DNA from: an uncultured bacterium
GTDB taxonomy: Bacteria; Babelota; Babeliae; Babelales; Vermiphilaceae
Reading direction: 5' to 3'
DNA length: 64,000 nt
NCBI GenBank assembly: GCA_963707655.1
Contig: OY970172.1
Coordinates: 1 to 64,000 of the forward strand
Each line of letters opens with the position of its first letter. Positions within the stretch are counted from its first letter, which is position 1. The notes under the pieces are model-generated. The model worked only from the letters and a program-made list of their open reading frames with translations, ran no database searches and was not told where the DNA came from. Of this stretch, positions 31,533 to 40,476 are shown in pieces. A program made the position numbers and the translations under genes.

Positions 31533-32960
31533 ATGACTACTACCAAGAAGCTTACAAAAATATCTGACTCTATTCAAAGAATTTTATCAGATGCAGTGCG
31601 CAATTCCCCATTGATCATGACTATCACTCATGAAATTGCCCGCCGGGGCGGACGAGTTCTGTTAGTTGGTGGCGCAGTGCGAGATTTATTGCTCGGCCTT
31701 GCTATTAAAGATTTTGATTGCGAAGTGCATGATATTTCTTTGGAGCAGCTTGAAGAGCTTTTACAACAGTATGGCCCGGTGAATATGGTGGGAAAATCAT
31801 TTGGCGTGCTGCGTTTGCACGGCTTGGACGTTGATTGGTCGGTGCCGCGACGCGACAGTGCAGGAAGAAAACCGCGCGTGGTTATTGATGAACAGCTGAG
31901 CATAAAAGATGCATTCGCACGGCGCGATCTTACTATTAATGCGATGGGGATTGATTTAATAACTCACGAGTTGATTGATCCTTTTAATGGGATGGAAGAT
32001 TTAAAAAACAAAATATTGCGCGCACCGGATCCACAATTGTTTGTAGAAGACCCTTTGCGTTTTTATCGAGTGATGCAATTTATCAGCCGTTTTGATGCGG
32101 AACCCGATGAGCAGCTTTCTGCATTGTGTGCAACTATGGATCTGCGCGCCATATCAATTGAGCGGATTGAAGCTGAATTTGAAAAAATGTTGCTTCGCTC
32201 CAAAGAACCATCGCGCGGCATTCGCTGGATGCAACGGATAGGAAGACTTTCTGAGTTGTTGCCGGAATTGGGTGCAACTGTTGGCGTAGCACAAGAAAAA
32301 GATTGGCACCCCGAAGGTGATGTCTTTGAGCACAGCATGCAGGCGCTTGATGCAGCAGCCCAGTTGGCCTATGGCGACAATGAGCACAAGCTCATTATAC
32401 TGTTTGCGGCGCTGTGCCATGATTTGGGAAAAGTGACGACAAGCAGAGTAATTGATGGGAGAATTCGCTCCCCGGAACATGCGCAAGAGGGAGTTGCGCC
32501 AACAAAGCGCTTGCTCAAACGTATTACTACAAAAAAATCACTGATTGATCAGGTGGCCGTATTGGTACGGTGGCACATGGAGCCGGTATTGTTCGTTACC
32601 AATGGGGCCGGCATTGCCGCATACAAGCGATTGGCAAAAAAATTGGCTCCCGATCTTAGCATGCACATGCTTGCGCAATTATCAGTAGCAGACAAACGCG
32701 GGCGTTCTCCCGATTCACATCGACCATTATCTATAGATATTCCTGCTGTTGATACTTTCATGCAAAAAGCAGAACAGGCGCATATTGCTTTTCAGGCAGA
32801 AGCACCGCTGCTACAGGGGCGCGATCTTTTGGATGTGGTGGAAAAAGGGCCGGAGCTGGGCACAGTGCTCAAGAAAGCATATGAATTGCAGATTGATGAA
32901 GACATTCATGATAAAGAAGAGCTTAAAAAGCGCATTTTGGATTTATACCATAAAAAATAG
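31533..32960 (+). CDS. cca: CCA tRNA nucleotidyltransferase/poly(A) polymerase family with HD domain
   Basis: VGGAVRD, DFD, RRDLTINAM, EDPLR, H.EGDVFEHS, ALCHDLGK. Confidence 0.9.
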   Translation: MTTTKKLTKISDSIQRILSDAVRNSPLIMTITHEIARRGGRVLLVGGAVRDLLLGLAIKDFDCEVHDISLEQLEELLQQYGPVNMVGKSFGVLRLHGLDVDWSVPRRDSAGRKPRVVIDEQLSIKDAFARRDLTINAMGIDLITHELIDPFNGMEDLKNKILRAPDPQLFVEDPLRFYRVMQFISRFDAEPDEQLSALCATMDLRAISIERIEAEFEKMLLRSKEPSRGIRWMQRIGRLSELLPELGATVGVAQEKDWHPEGDVFEHSMQALDAAAQLAYGDNEHKLIILFAALCHDLGKVTTSRVIDGRIRSPEHAQEGVAPTKRLLKRITTKKSLIDQVAVLVRWHMEPVLFVTNGAGIAAYKRLAKKLAPDLSMHMLAQLSVADKRGRSPDSHRPLSIDIPAVDTFMQKAEQAHIAFQAEAPLLQGRDLLDVVEKGPELGTVLKKAYELQIDEDIHDKEELKKRILDLYHKK

Positions 32961-33009
32961 GTTCAATGATCGCAAACGTTTCATTTCGAGCATTAGGCTC
33001 TTGCATGTA

Positions 33010-33448
33010 TCATAAGGATGCGCGCCATAAACCATAAGCGTTACGCAGGTTGCCAGAACTACGTTGTTCCAATAGTTGCATAAATTTATTTTGGGCTTTA
33101 TGCATTGCATCGGATGCCTGATTAAGTTGTTCTTCAGCTCTGCGTAGCTTATCTTGGTCGACATTACCACCAGCGGAGACAGGGGGATCGGGGCATGCTG
33201 AGTGCTGCGTTGGATAGTGACCTTCGTGCTGATTCGTATTCTTTGCATGCATTGACTATTTCTGGATCAGAGTCGTTTAATGCTAGTATTTTAACATTAT
33301 TCCAAAGATCTCGTTCATTCGTTGTTTTTAAGCTCGGATAGGGGGGTTGAGGGATTTTGTGTCTCTGCCCCCATGGGCCAAGTATCCTGCCATTAGAGTG
33401 AATGCGATAATTTTGTTTTTCATGCTCTTGCCTCAATAAAACTTTCAT
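33010..33448 (-). CDS. Hypothetical coiled-coil protein, probably one gene with an indel near 33192
   Basis: ORF 33164..33448 joins ORF 33010..33252 if one C is removed from ATGCCCCGAT (...LSMP-DPPVSAGG...). Confidence 0.4.
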
Positions 33449-33609
33449 TTTTTTATTCAGTATGCAATAAATCGCAATTAAAAAACAATAAAAATTGATT
33501 TATGATTCAAGGCATGGTCAGGATTGCTTTATCTTTCAAAAGATATGCCAGTATAACGGTACTGATCGTCTTCGTTTGCAAAATTATACGCAGTAGAGAA
33601 AGCAATTAT

Positions 33610-34407
33610 CTACGCAACGAACTGTTTTTCCCAGCCAGAAAATTGCTTGCGCACTGTTTTAAAATCAGCGTTTTCGCAGAGAATACCGTGAATTCCTTGT
33701 TCTTGCGCGGCAGCTATATTTTCAGGGCGATCGTCTAGAAATGCCGTTTGTGCCACATCAAGATCAAATTTTTCGAGCAATATTTGATATATTTCAGGAT
33801 CAGGTTTCATCACGCCGGCATCACCCGATATAAGAATGCCATCAAAAAGAGAGAAAAATTTGGGGAATTGCGCTTCAAGCTCTTTAAAAGAAGGGGCATC
33901 CCAGTTTGAGAGAATATAGACTTTGTGACCTTTTTTCTTACATTTTTTAACAAATTTTCTGCCATCACGGATTATTTTTTTTGTTTTTATATAGGTTTCT
34001 TGGTCACCAAACATAAATTCAGCCATGCCCTTAATCACCTTTCTTTCACGGTTATTAAGTACGGTATTATTGACAAGACCGGTATTTATTTCATTTATGA
34101 TTTGTGCCGGAGTCTGTGCGCCGGTCATCCAATCACACATAAGTTGTGGTATAAGATTACCCTGGTCATCACAAGATAGTGCTTCTGCGGGGTTGCGTTG
34201 CTTGATGCTATCAAGAAAATTAAAGAAAAGGGGAACTGGGTTTTGTCCCAAAAATAAGAGATTTAATAAGCCGATCTCTCTCGCGCTATGAAATTTTCTG
34301 GAATCAATTAATACGCCGCCCAAATCAAAGACCACGTTTAAGGCCTGGGCAAGGGGCGCAGTAAAGAGAATTATAAAAAGAAGAGATTTTTTAAAGAATG
34401 CGTTCAT
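33610..34407 (-). CDS. HAD-IA family phosphatase (YihX-like) with signal peptide
   Basis: FDLGGVL, LSN, KPDPEIY, FLDDRPENI; N-terminal ...APLAQA signal. Confidence 0.88.
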   Translation of the reverse strand: MNAFFKKSLLFIILFTAPLAQALNVVFDLGGVLIDSRKFHSAREIGLLNLLFLGQNPVPLFFNFLDSIKQRNPAEALSCDDQGNLIPQLMCDWMTGAQTPAQIINEINTGLVNNTVLNNRERKVIKGMAEFMFGDQETYIKTKKIIRDGRKFVKKCKKKGHKVYILSNWDAPSFKELEAQFPKFFSLFDGILISGDAGVMKPDPEIYQILLEKFDLDVAQTAFLDDRPENIAAAQEQGIHGILCENADFKTVRKQFSGWEKQFVA

Positions 34408-34634
34408 TTTTATTCCTTTTTTTTTCCGATGGGAAGTTGTTATTTTTTGGTGCAAAAAAATCATGAAGTTCTCATCTATTATTTAGTCTGATTGAAATAA
34501 AAAAAATGTCAAAAGCCCCTCTGGGGCTTGAGGGTAAATGGGAAATCGGGAGCGGCATTTATGCTTTTTTTTGCGCCGTTACCAAAGTTGTTTTATACTG
34601 ATACAAAGTCGGTTTCTAAAGGGTTTTTTTAATT

Positions 34635-35015
34635 ATGAACATCTATCAACAAGAGCTTCTTGATCATTACCACCATTCGCCTCATAGGGGTGCGCTGGTT
34701 AATCCTGATTTTGCTTCGCAGGAATATAATCCTTCATGCGGGGACAAGGTCTCTTTTGCTGGGCGCATTGAGAGTAATCTGTTGATAGAGGTGGGATTTG
34801 AAGGTAGTGGCTGTGTGATTAGCCAAGCAGCCGCCTCATTGCTTGCACACAAGGCAATGGGGGCAACTCTTGATAATATTCTTGCTCTTAACACCGATTA
34901 TATGATTAATTTAATAGGCATTACGCTGGGGCCGACCAGATTAAAATGTGCTTTATTACCCCTGCAGGCATTGCAGCAGGGAGTGCATACATATAGTGCA
35001 ACAAAACAGGAATAA
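34635..35015 (+). CDS. sufU: Fe-S cluster scaffold / sulfur-transfer protein (SufU/IscU family)
   Basis: YQQELLDHY, NPSCGD, GCVISQAAAS, RLKCALLP. Confidence 0.9.
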   Translation: MNIYQQELLDHYHHSPHRGALVNPDFASQEYNPSCGDKVSFAGRIESNLLIEVGFEGSGCVISQAAASLLAHKAMGATLDNILALNTDYMINLIGITLGPTRLKCALLPLQALQQGVHTYSATKQE

Positions 35016-36146
35016 ATGATGTTAAATCGTTCTGCATTGTTACATCAATTGGAACAGCGTTCATCAGCACTCTTTGTTGATTATTCCTCTGAATACAATC
35101 ATGCGCAACATATCTGGCGCATTATTGCAGCCGATCCTTTATTTACCTACAAAGCACGTGCAAGCTCTGCATTGCCCGCATGGCAGGGAACGCTTGATGA
35201 AGCAATTCCCGTGGCAACCAATCAAGCGCCGTATCATGTTTTTTCTGTTGACGGCTCACAAATTTATCCTGACAAGCATCAGGGCACCAGCTGTTTTTTG
35301 ATTAATGTTGGTGTTGTTGAATTGCTATACGGGGGCGCTCAGGATCACAAACCATTCACGTATGCCAGTCACCCGTATCTTTTTCTAGAAGATGACGATA
35401 ATGCGCAGACGTTTCCTTTAACGGTTGATTTAGTTAATTGTCGCCGGCAGGAATATGAACTGCGTGGGGCCCTTGATGCAGCAAAAGCAATTGCCTTGGC
35501 ACCGCTTGGCATTCCTTCATTGTTACTCTTTGATGGCTCATTAATTTTTTGGCACCTTGATTCTTATGAAGTTTCTTTAAAGCAGGCTTTTTTATCTTGC
35601 TATCTTATGCTTTTGCAACAGTTATACGAGCAGCAGGTTTTAATGGCCAGTTATGTGAGCTTGCCCAAAAGCAAAGAGCTGGTGAATCTCGCACGCTTTG
35701 CGGTGAGTGAAAAAATTATTCCCGGTTATGATGAAACAGTCAGTCTCGATCATGTGGTGGATAGCTCTATTGTTGCCGATTTTTTATCGCCGCATACCCG
35801 GTCAATCGTCTTCAAAAATAATGCAGCGATTAGTAAGCACTATCCCGCATTCTTGTCTCCTCATTTTTTTTATCTGCATGTGGGCAATGAGATTGGCAGA
35901 GTAGAAGTTCCTGCGTGGATAGCAGAGGATGAGAAGAAGATAGACGCAATTGCACAAATCATTTTGGATCAATCTATCAAAGGGCGCGGCTACCCAGTTG
36001 CTTTGGCTGAAGCGCATGAGCAAGCAGTAATTAAAGGCCCCGATAGAGATTTTTTTTATCATCTGATTTACAAATTGGGCATTGAGCATAAAAAGCGCTT
36101 TAATGTTTCACAAAAAATTATCAAAAAACGTGGTATTGGTATTTAG
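35016..36146 (+). CDS. nurA: NurA-domain 5'-3' nuclease
   Basis: VDGSQI, LFDGSL, RVEVPAW, GYPVALAEAHEQAVI. Confidence 0.85.
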   Translation: MMLNRSALLHQLEQRSSALFVDYSSEYNHAQHIWRIIAADPLFTYKARASSALPAWQGTLDEAIPVATNQAPYHVFSVDGSQIYPDKHQGTSCFLINVGVVELLYGGAQDHKPFTYASHPYLFLEDDDNAQTFPLTVDLVNCRRQEYELRGALDAAKAIALAPLGIPSLLLFDGSLIFWHLDSYEVSLKQAFLSCYLMLLQQLYEQQVLMASYVSLPKSKELVNLARFAVSEKIIPGYDETVSLDHVVDSSIVADFLSPHTRSIVFKNNAAISKHYPAFLSPHFFYLHVGNEIGRVEVPAWIAEDEKKIDAIAQIILDQSIKGRGYPVALAEAHEQAVIKGPDRDFFYHLIYKLGIEHKKRFNVSQKIIKKRGIGI

Positions 36147-36176
36147 AGTAGAGCAATTACACAAGGGGGATTGAGT

Positions 36177-36917
36177 ATGAAGCGTACGGTAACAGGGCTA
36201 TTCTTTGCTCTCATAATGTTTTCATCATCATTGTCTATGCATGCAATGGAAGAGAAGCGGGCAAACCAGGTTTGGTTGATTGTAGCGATGGCAGGGGGTG
36301 TCGTGGGAGGCTGGATTTTTACCGCACTCAAACAATCTGTTGTTGAAAAAAAACTGACAGACTTACAGAAAAAATATAAAAAATTGAAAGCCGATAAGCC
36401 TGACTTAACAAAATATGTTACGCAAGAAGCCTTTGAAGCACACAAAAAACAATCCGCAGAACAGCTTAGGCATGATAAAGAAGACCATAAAGAGCTCTTG
36501 GCCACCTATGCCGCACTCAAGAAGAAAATTAAGAATCTGGATGGAGAAATTGAATCACAGCAGTCAGATCAGTATTCTGGGAGATTGGCCGCGAGTAGTT
36601 CTCTTGCGCGCAGTAATTCTACTCAACATGTGCGTCCGGCTACTGTTACCGCTTCAGATAAAAAAGCAAAACGAAGATCTTTGGGTCTGCCCAACAGAGC
36701 TCGTAACGCCGAGCAGGACGAGATTTCAGTGCACTTTGCTGCTCCGCGGAGTCAATCTCAGCATCGTGTGACTCATGGCGGCGGTCGACAATACACACCG
36801 CTTCTTGAAGAGCCGTCACCACCAGACTCATCACGGCCGGCAGAGTTGTCACCATCAAGTTCATCGCGGTCATCAGAATCATCAGAGCCATCGTCAGAAG
36901 AATCGCACTCATCATGA
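36177..36917 (+). CDS. Exported hypothetical protein: signal peptide, TM, coiled coil, Ser-rich tail
   Basis: ...SMHA-MEEK, hydrophobic VWLIVAMAGGVVGGWIF, heptad region, S/P/E-rich C-terminus. Confidence 0.75.
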   Translation: MKRTVTGLFFALIMFSSSLSMHAMEEKRANQVWLIVAMAGGVVGGWIFTALKQSVVEKKLTDLQKKYKKLKADKPDLTKYVTQEAFEAHKKQSAEQLRHDKEDHKELLATYAALKKKIKNLDGEIESQQSDQYSGRLAASSSLARSNSTQHVRPATVTASDKKAKRRSLGLPNRARNAEQDEISVHFAAPRSQSQHRVTHGGGRQYTPLLEEPSPPDSSRPAELSPSSSSRSSESSEPSSEESHSS

Positions 36918-37030
36918 TAAAATTATTTTAAAACCAGCGTATCGGTGTATACTTAAGGGCGCATGAAAGGGCGGGTAGGAGTGAAGGGGAACAATAATAA
37001 CAACACTATTAATTGAAGGGAACTCTTCAT

Positions 37031-37645
37031 ATGAATATCAAGTATACACGCTTGGCGCTGGCGCTCGTATTGTGTGCATCATCAAGCTCTTATGCAATGC
37101 AAGAATGGATGAAAAACAAGGAAAGAGCTGCTTTGGGAGTATTGTCAGGAGCAACTCTCTTTTTGGGCGGCGTCACCTTCTATCTGTGGAACAAAGTAAA
37201 CAAGCTCACTCAGGTTAGTCAGGTGGTGGGATCTCACCAGCTGGGAGTTAATGCTAAAGCAGCGCATCAAGAGTTACTGAATGATCATGAAGAGCGTCTG
37301 GATGCGCTTGAAGCTGCATGTGCAAACAATAGCATATCCCATAATGATAGTTCACTTCAAGCGGTCATTCGCGACTATGGCCAAGCATTGAATGATCAAA
37401 AAGAACAACTTGCCAAAATAACAGCAACACAAACCAATCATGCAAGTCGCATCAAGCAGCTGTTTGAAGAGCACGATGGTTTAGCTGCTATGGTTACAGC
37501 AAGCCATGATCGCGTTTACTATAAAAAAGCGACAAAGAAAGGCGAGACTGGTATCAATATGTGGAGAGCAGACGAGGAAGATAAATATAAATCAGCATCT
37601 GAAAAATTTGCCGAGCTGATCAAGAATCGCCCATCATCACTGTAA
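37031..37645 (+). CDS. Exported hypothetical protein: signal peptide, TM, coiled coil
   Basis: ...SSYA-MQEW, hydrophobic ALGVLSGATLFLGGVTFYLW, heptad region. Confidence 0.75.
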   Translation: MNIKYTRLALALVLCASSSSYAMQEWMKNKERAALGVLSGATLFLGGVTFYLWNKVNKLTQVSQVVGSHQLGVNAKAAHQELLNDHEERLDALEAACANNSISHNDSSLQAVIRDYGQALNDQKEQLAKITATQTNHASRIKQLFEEHDGLAAMVTASHDRVYYKKATKKGETGINMWRADEEDKYKSASEKFAELIKNRPSSL

Positions 37646-37680
37646 TTATACATGCAATTAACATACGCTGTAAAAAAAGA

Positions 37681-37702
37681 GGCTCCCCATAAAAAGGGAG
37701 CC
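37681..37702. terminator. Terminator hairpin after dnaJ
   Basis: ggctccc...gggagcc with A-tract on the + strand (T-tract for dnaJ). Confidence 0.6.
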
Positions 37703-37710
37703 TTATCTGT

Positions 37711-38844
37711 TTATCCTAAAAATTTCTTAAAAAACCCGCTAATTGCGCCATTGCTTCCGGTTTTTGTGCCGATTGCTTCTGAATATTCATTGAGCAATTT
37801 CTTGGCATCGGCTGAAAGTTTGGTCGGAACATCACACTTTGTGGTTATTACCAGGTTGCCGCGAGTGTTACCGCGCACTTTAAAAAAGCCTTTGCCGGTG
37901 ATGGTAATTGTTTCGCCAACGGGGCAGCCCTTGGGTACTTTGAGTGTTTCTTTGGTGCCATCGATATTTTCTATCTCTATCTGGGAACCAAGCACCAGTT
38001 GCGGATAGGTGAGCATAATTGAGCAGGTTAAATCATCACCCACGCGTTTAAAATGTTTATCGGGCATGACGTTAATTTTGATGATCATGTCCCCTGTTGA
38101 GCCGCCAAATATTCCCGCATCACCGCGCCCGGCAGCTTTTAATTCAAGCTCGTCATATACTCCCTTTGGAATATTGAGGGTGAATTTTTCATACACCTGT
38201 TTGCGACATTGGCCCTTGCAATCGGGGCATGGGGATGGAATGGTAAAGCCTTCTCCGCCGCAGGCGGTGCAAGGCTGGGTATACATGAGGAAACCTTGGC
38301 GAAAGTTCATTTGTCCGCTGCCGCCACATTGGGTACAAACAGCAGGAGAAGTGCCTTTTTTCGTGCCTTTTCCGGCGCATGTCTCGCACGTTATAAAGTG
38401 GCTATAGGCAATTTCTGTTTGTGTGCCCAGATAAGCATCTTTGAGAGTGATATCTATTTCTTTATAAAGATCGTGACCACGTTTTGGTTCAGGACCTGAT
38501 TTTTTACGAGCGCGTCTGCTCCCCTGGCCACCACTAAAAATATCGCCAAAAATATCGCCGAATTGATCAAATATGTCATCCATATTTACGCCACCCTGGC
38601 CGCCCATACCGCCCATATTGGCGCCGGCATGGCCAAATTGATCATACGTTTGCCGTTTTTGCGCGTCGGAAAGGGTTTCATACGCCTCGGCCGCTTCTTT
38701 AAATTTTTCTTCCGCTTCTTTGTTGTTTGGATTGCGGTCGGGGTGATATTTCATCGCCAGTGTGCGATATGCTTTTTTTATTTCGTCGGGAGAGGCGGTG
38801 CGCGCAACGCCAAGTATTTCGTAAAAATCTCGTTTTGTGCTCAT
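37711..38844 (-). CDS. dnaJ: Chaperone DnaJ
   Basis: J-domain HPD, G/F region, four CxxCxGxG repeats. Confidence 0.97.
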   Translation of the reverse strand: MSTKRDFYEILGVARTASPDEIKKAYRTLAMKYHPDRNPNNKEAEEKFKEAAEAYETLSDAQKRQTYDQFGHAGANMGGMGGQGGVNMDDIFDQFGDIFGDIFSGGQGSRRARKKSGPEPKRGHDLYKEIDITLKDAYLGTQTEIAYSHFITCETCAGKGTKKGTSPAVCTQCGGSGQMNFRQGFLMYTQPCTACGGEGFTIPSPCPDCKGQCRKQVYEKFTLNIPKGVYDELELKAAGRGDAGIFGGSTGDMIIKINVMPDKHFKRVGDDLTCSIMLTYPQLVLGSQIEIENIDGTKETLKVPKGCPVGETITITGKGFFKVRGNTRGNLVITTKCDVPTKLSADAKKLLNEYSEAIGTKTGSNGAISGFFKKFLG

Positions 38845-39084
38845 AAAATCAATTCTACTATTAATGTATAGGTTTGGTTTTTGCCAGAGAAAAAGCTGCT
38901 TTTATTGCTTTAAAGTATAGCAGAAAATAATAATTTTAAAACCGATGCATTTGATACTATTTTAAATGCGGCAAGAGCATTGGTGATCAAAAAATTATGG
39001 CGTTGCCGCATTTAACCGGTCCCAATAATTATGGGCTCTTTAATTGTTCCGTGTTCGCCTATGGGCTCAATCGCGCTCTCGCGT

Positions 39085-40227
39085 TTACTTGCGATCAGCG
39101 GTTTGGCGATTTACAAGGCGCTCAAGCGGTGTTGTGTGCATTGTGCCGTCTGTATCTTGGAATCGATAAAAAAGCATGCCGTTGCTTTTTTCGGTAATGC
39201 CGAGTTTAGTAAGGATGTTTGTTTTTTTGGGTGTTGTGCTCTCCATAATGAATCCGCGCTTAAAACCTCGTTTGCGTATGGTGTTCAGAGCTTTAACCAT
39301 GAGATATTCATCCCAATTATAGTCACGGTACAATGGATTGACCTGTGGTATCCGTATAACATCCGGGCCGACATGCGCTATACGCGCGACGAGTTTCGTG
39401 TGATCAGGCGCCACATTTTTTTTCGCGTCTTCATATGCCGGATAAATCCGAGTTTCCGTTTCGGTAGTTTCGGTTTTGGTGTTGACCACGTGCCACAAGC
39501 GATTTTTCTTGCGTATAATGCGGCTCGTATCCCGATGATAACCAGACAGGTGGTCTACAGGATCTTCTGCATGCGCAAAGTCGAGCTTCAGAACTGCCCT
39601 GTTTGTTTGCGGGGAATATTTAGCAACTTTGAAGCCAAATTTATCAGTCATATCAGCAATGCCGGGAATGGTGCAGAGCCATGAGATTGGTTGGTTTTCT
39701 TCACCTTTGATAAGGTAGAGAGATGCCAGAATGAACTGGTCAATAAGGAGCGGTTGATCATCTACATCCTCTGTAAGCATGCATCGCCAATGTTGTCCAT
39801 CAAATTTTATGGTTGATAATGGCTCTTGCGTAGTTACCATGTTAGGGTCATTCTTTAAAGTTTTGAATAAAAGGACGTTTTTATTCGCGCGATGCAATAG
39901 AGCGTATTTCTCTTGATTAACAGAGATCTCGTATAGGTCAGCAGAATGCCCTATATCCGACCGTACAATATGTACTAATGGGATACCGGTTTCAACATCA
40001 GGACCATTTTCTTTTATCATTGAAGGAGTAGCATTTGACGACGAAGCCAATGGGCTTGGCGTGGCCGGCCTTAAGGGTACCACTATATCGGTATCTTCAT
40101 CTTCCGGCAAAGAACTTGGCGTGCCTGGTTTGCATATGCCGGCAAGTCTGGTAATTGCTCCGTCTGAATCCATTGATACGGCAGTATTGAATAAAAATAA
40201 TATGGGTAAAAGAGCTTTATAGTTCAT
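39085..40227 (-). CDS. Exported hypothetical protein with degenerate GNAT-like segments
   Basis: Signal ...TAVS-MDSD; Pro/Ser linker; DKFGFK and LMVKALNTIRKRGFKR...LTKLGI resemble GNAT C-terminal motifs. Confidence 0.6.
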   Translation of the reverse strand: MNYKALLPILFLFNTAVSMDSDGAITRLAGICKPGTPSSLPEDEDTDIVVPLRPATPSPLASSSNATPSMIKENGPDVETGIPLVHIVRSDIGHSADLYEISVNQEKYALLHRANKNVLLFKTLKNDPNMVTTQEPLSTIKFDGQHWRCMLTEDVDDQPLLIDQFILASLYLIKGEENQPISWLCTIPGIADMTDKFGFKVAKYSPQTNRAVLKLDFAHAEDPVDHLSGYHRDTSRIIRKKNRLWHVVNTKTETTETETRIYPAYEDAKKNVAPDHTKLVARIAHVGPDVIRIPQVNPLYRDYNWDEYLMVKALNTIRKRGFKRGFIMESTTPKKTNILTKLGITEKSNGMLFYRFQDTDGTMHTTPLERLVNRQTADRK

Positions 40228-40434
40228 AGGTAACCGTCCATTTTGTTTGAAGTTTATTTTTAAAATATAAGCATAAACATAATTTAAATAAATGCAAATC
40301 ATGCGTCGCATTTTTTAATAAATTGTTTCAGTCTGTGTAATCATTGGGTCGACAGAGTGGGGGGCAAAAATAAGAATGCCGAGATATCTTTTGTGTACAT
40401 AGTATCAAATCATATGTGAAAGACAGTGCGCGGT

Positions 40435-40471
40435 ATTAAGATCCCTGCTGTTCTGCATTAGGGATCTTAAT
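40435..40471 (-). terminator. Terminator hairpin after bamA
   Basis: attaagatccct...agggatcttaat 12-bp inverted repeat. Confidence 0.65.
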
Positions 40472-40476
40472 AATTT

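Noticed and set aside
39031..39684. 217-aa plus-strand ORF
   Set aside because: Antisense to the longer signal-peptide ORF 39085..40227 and lacks recognisable motifs.
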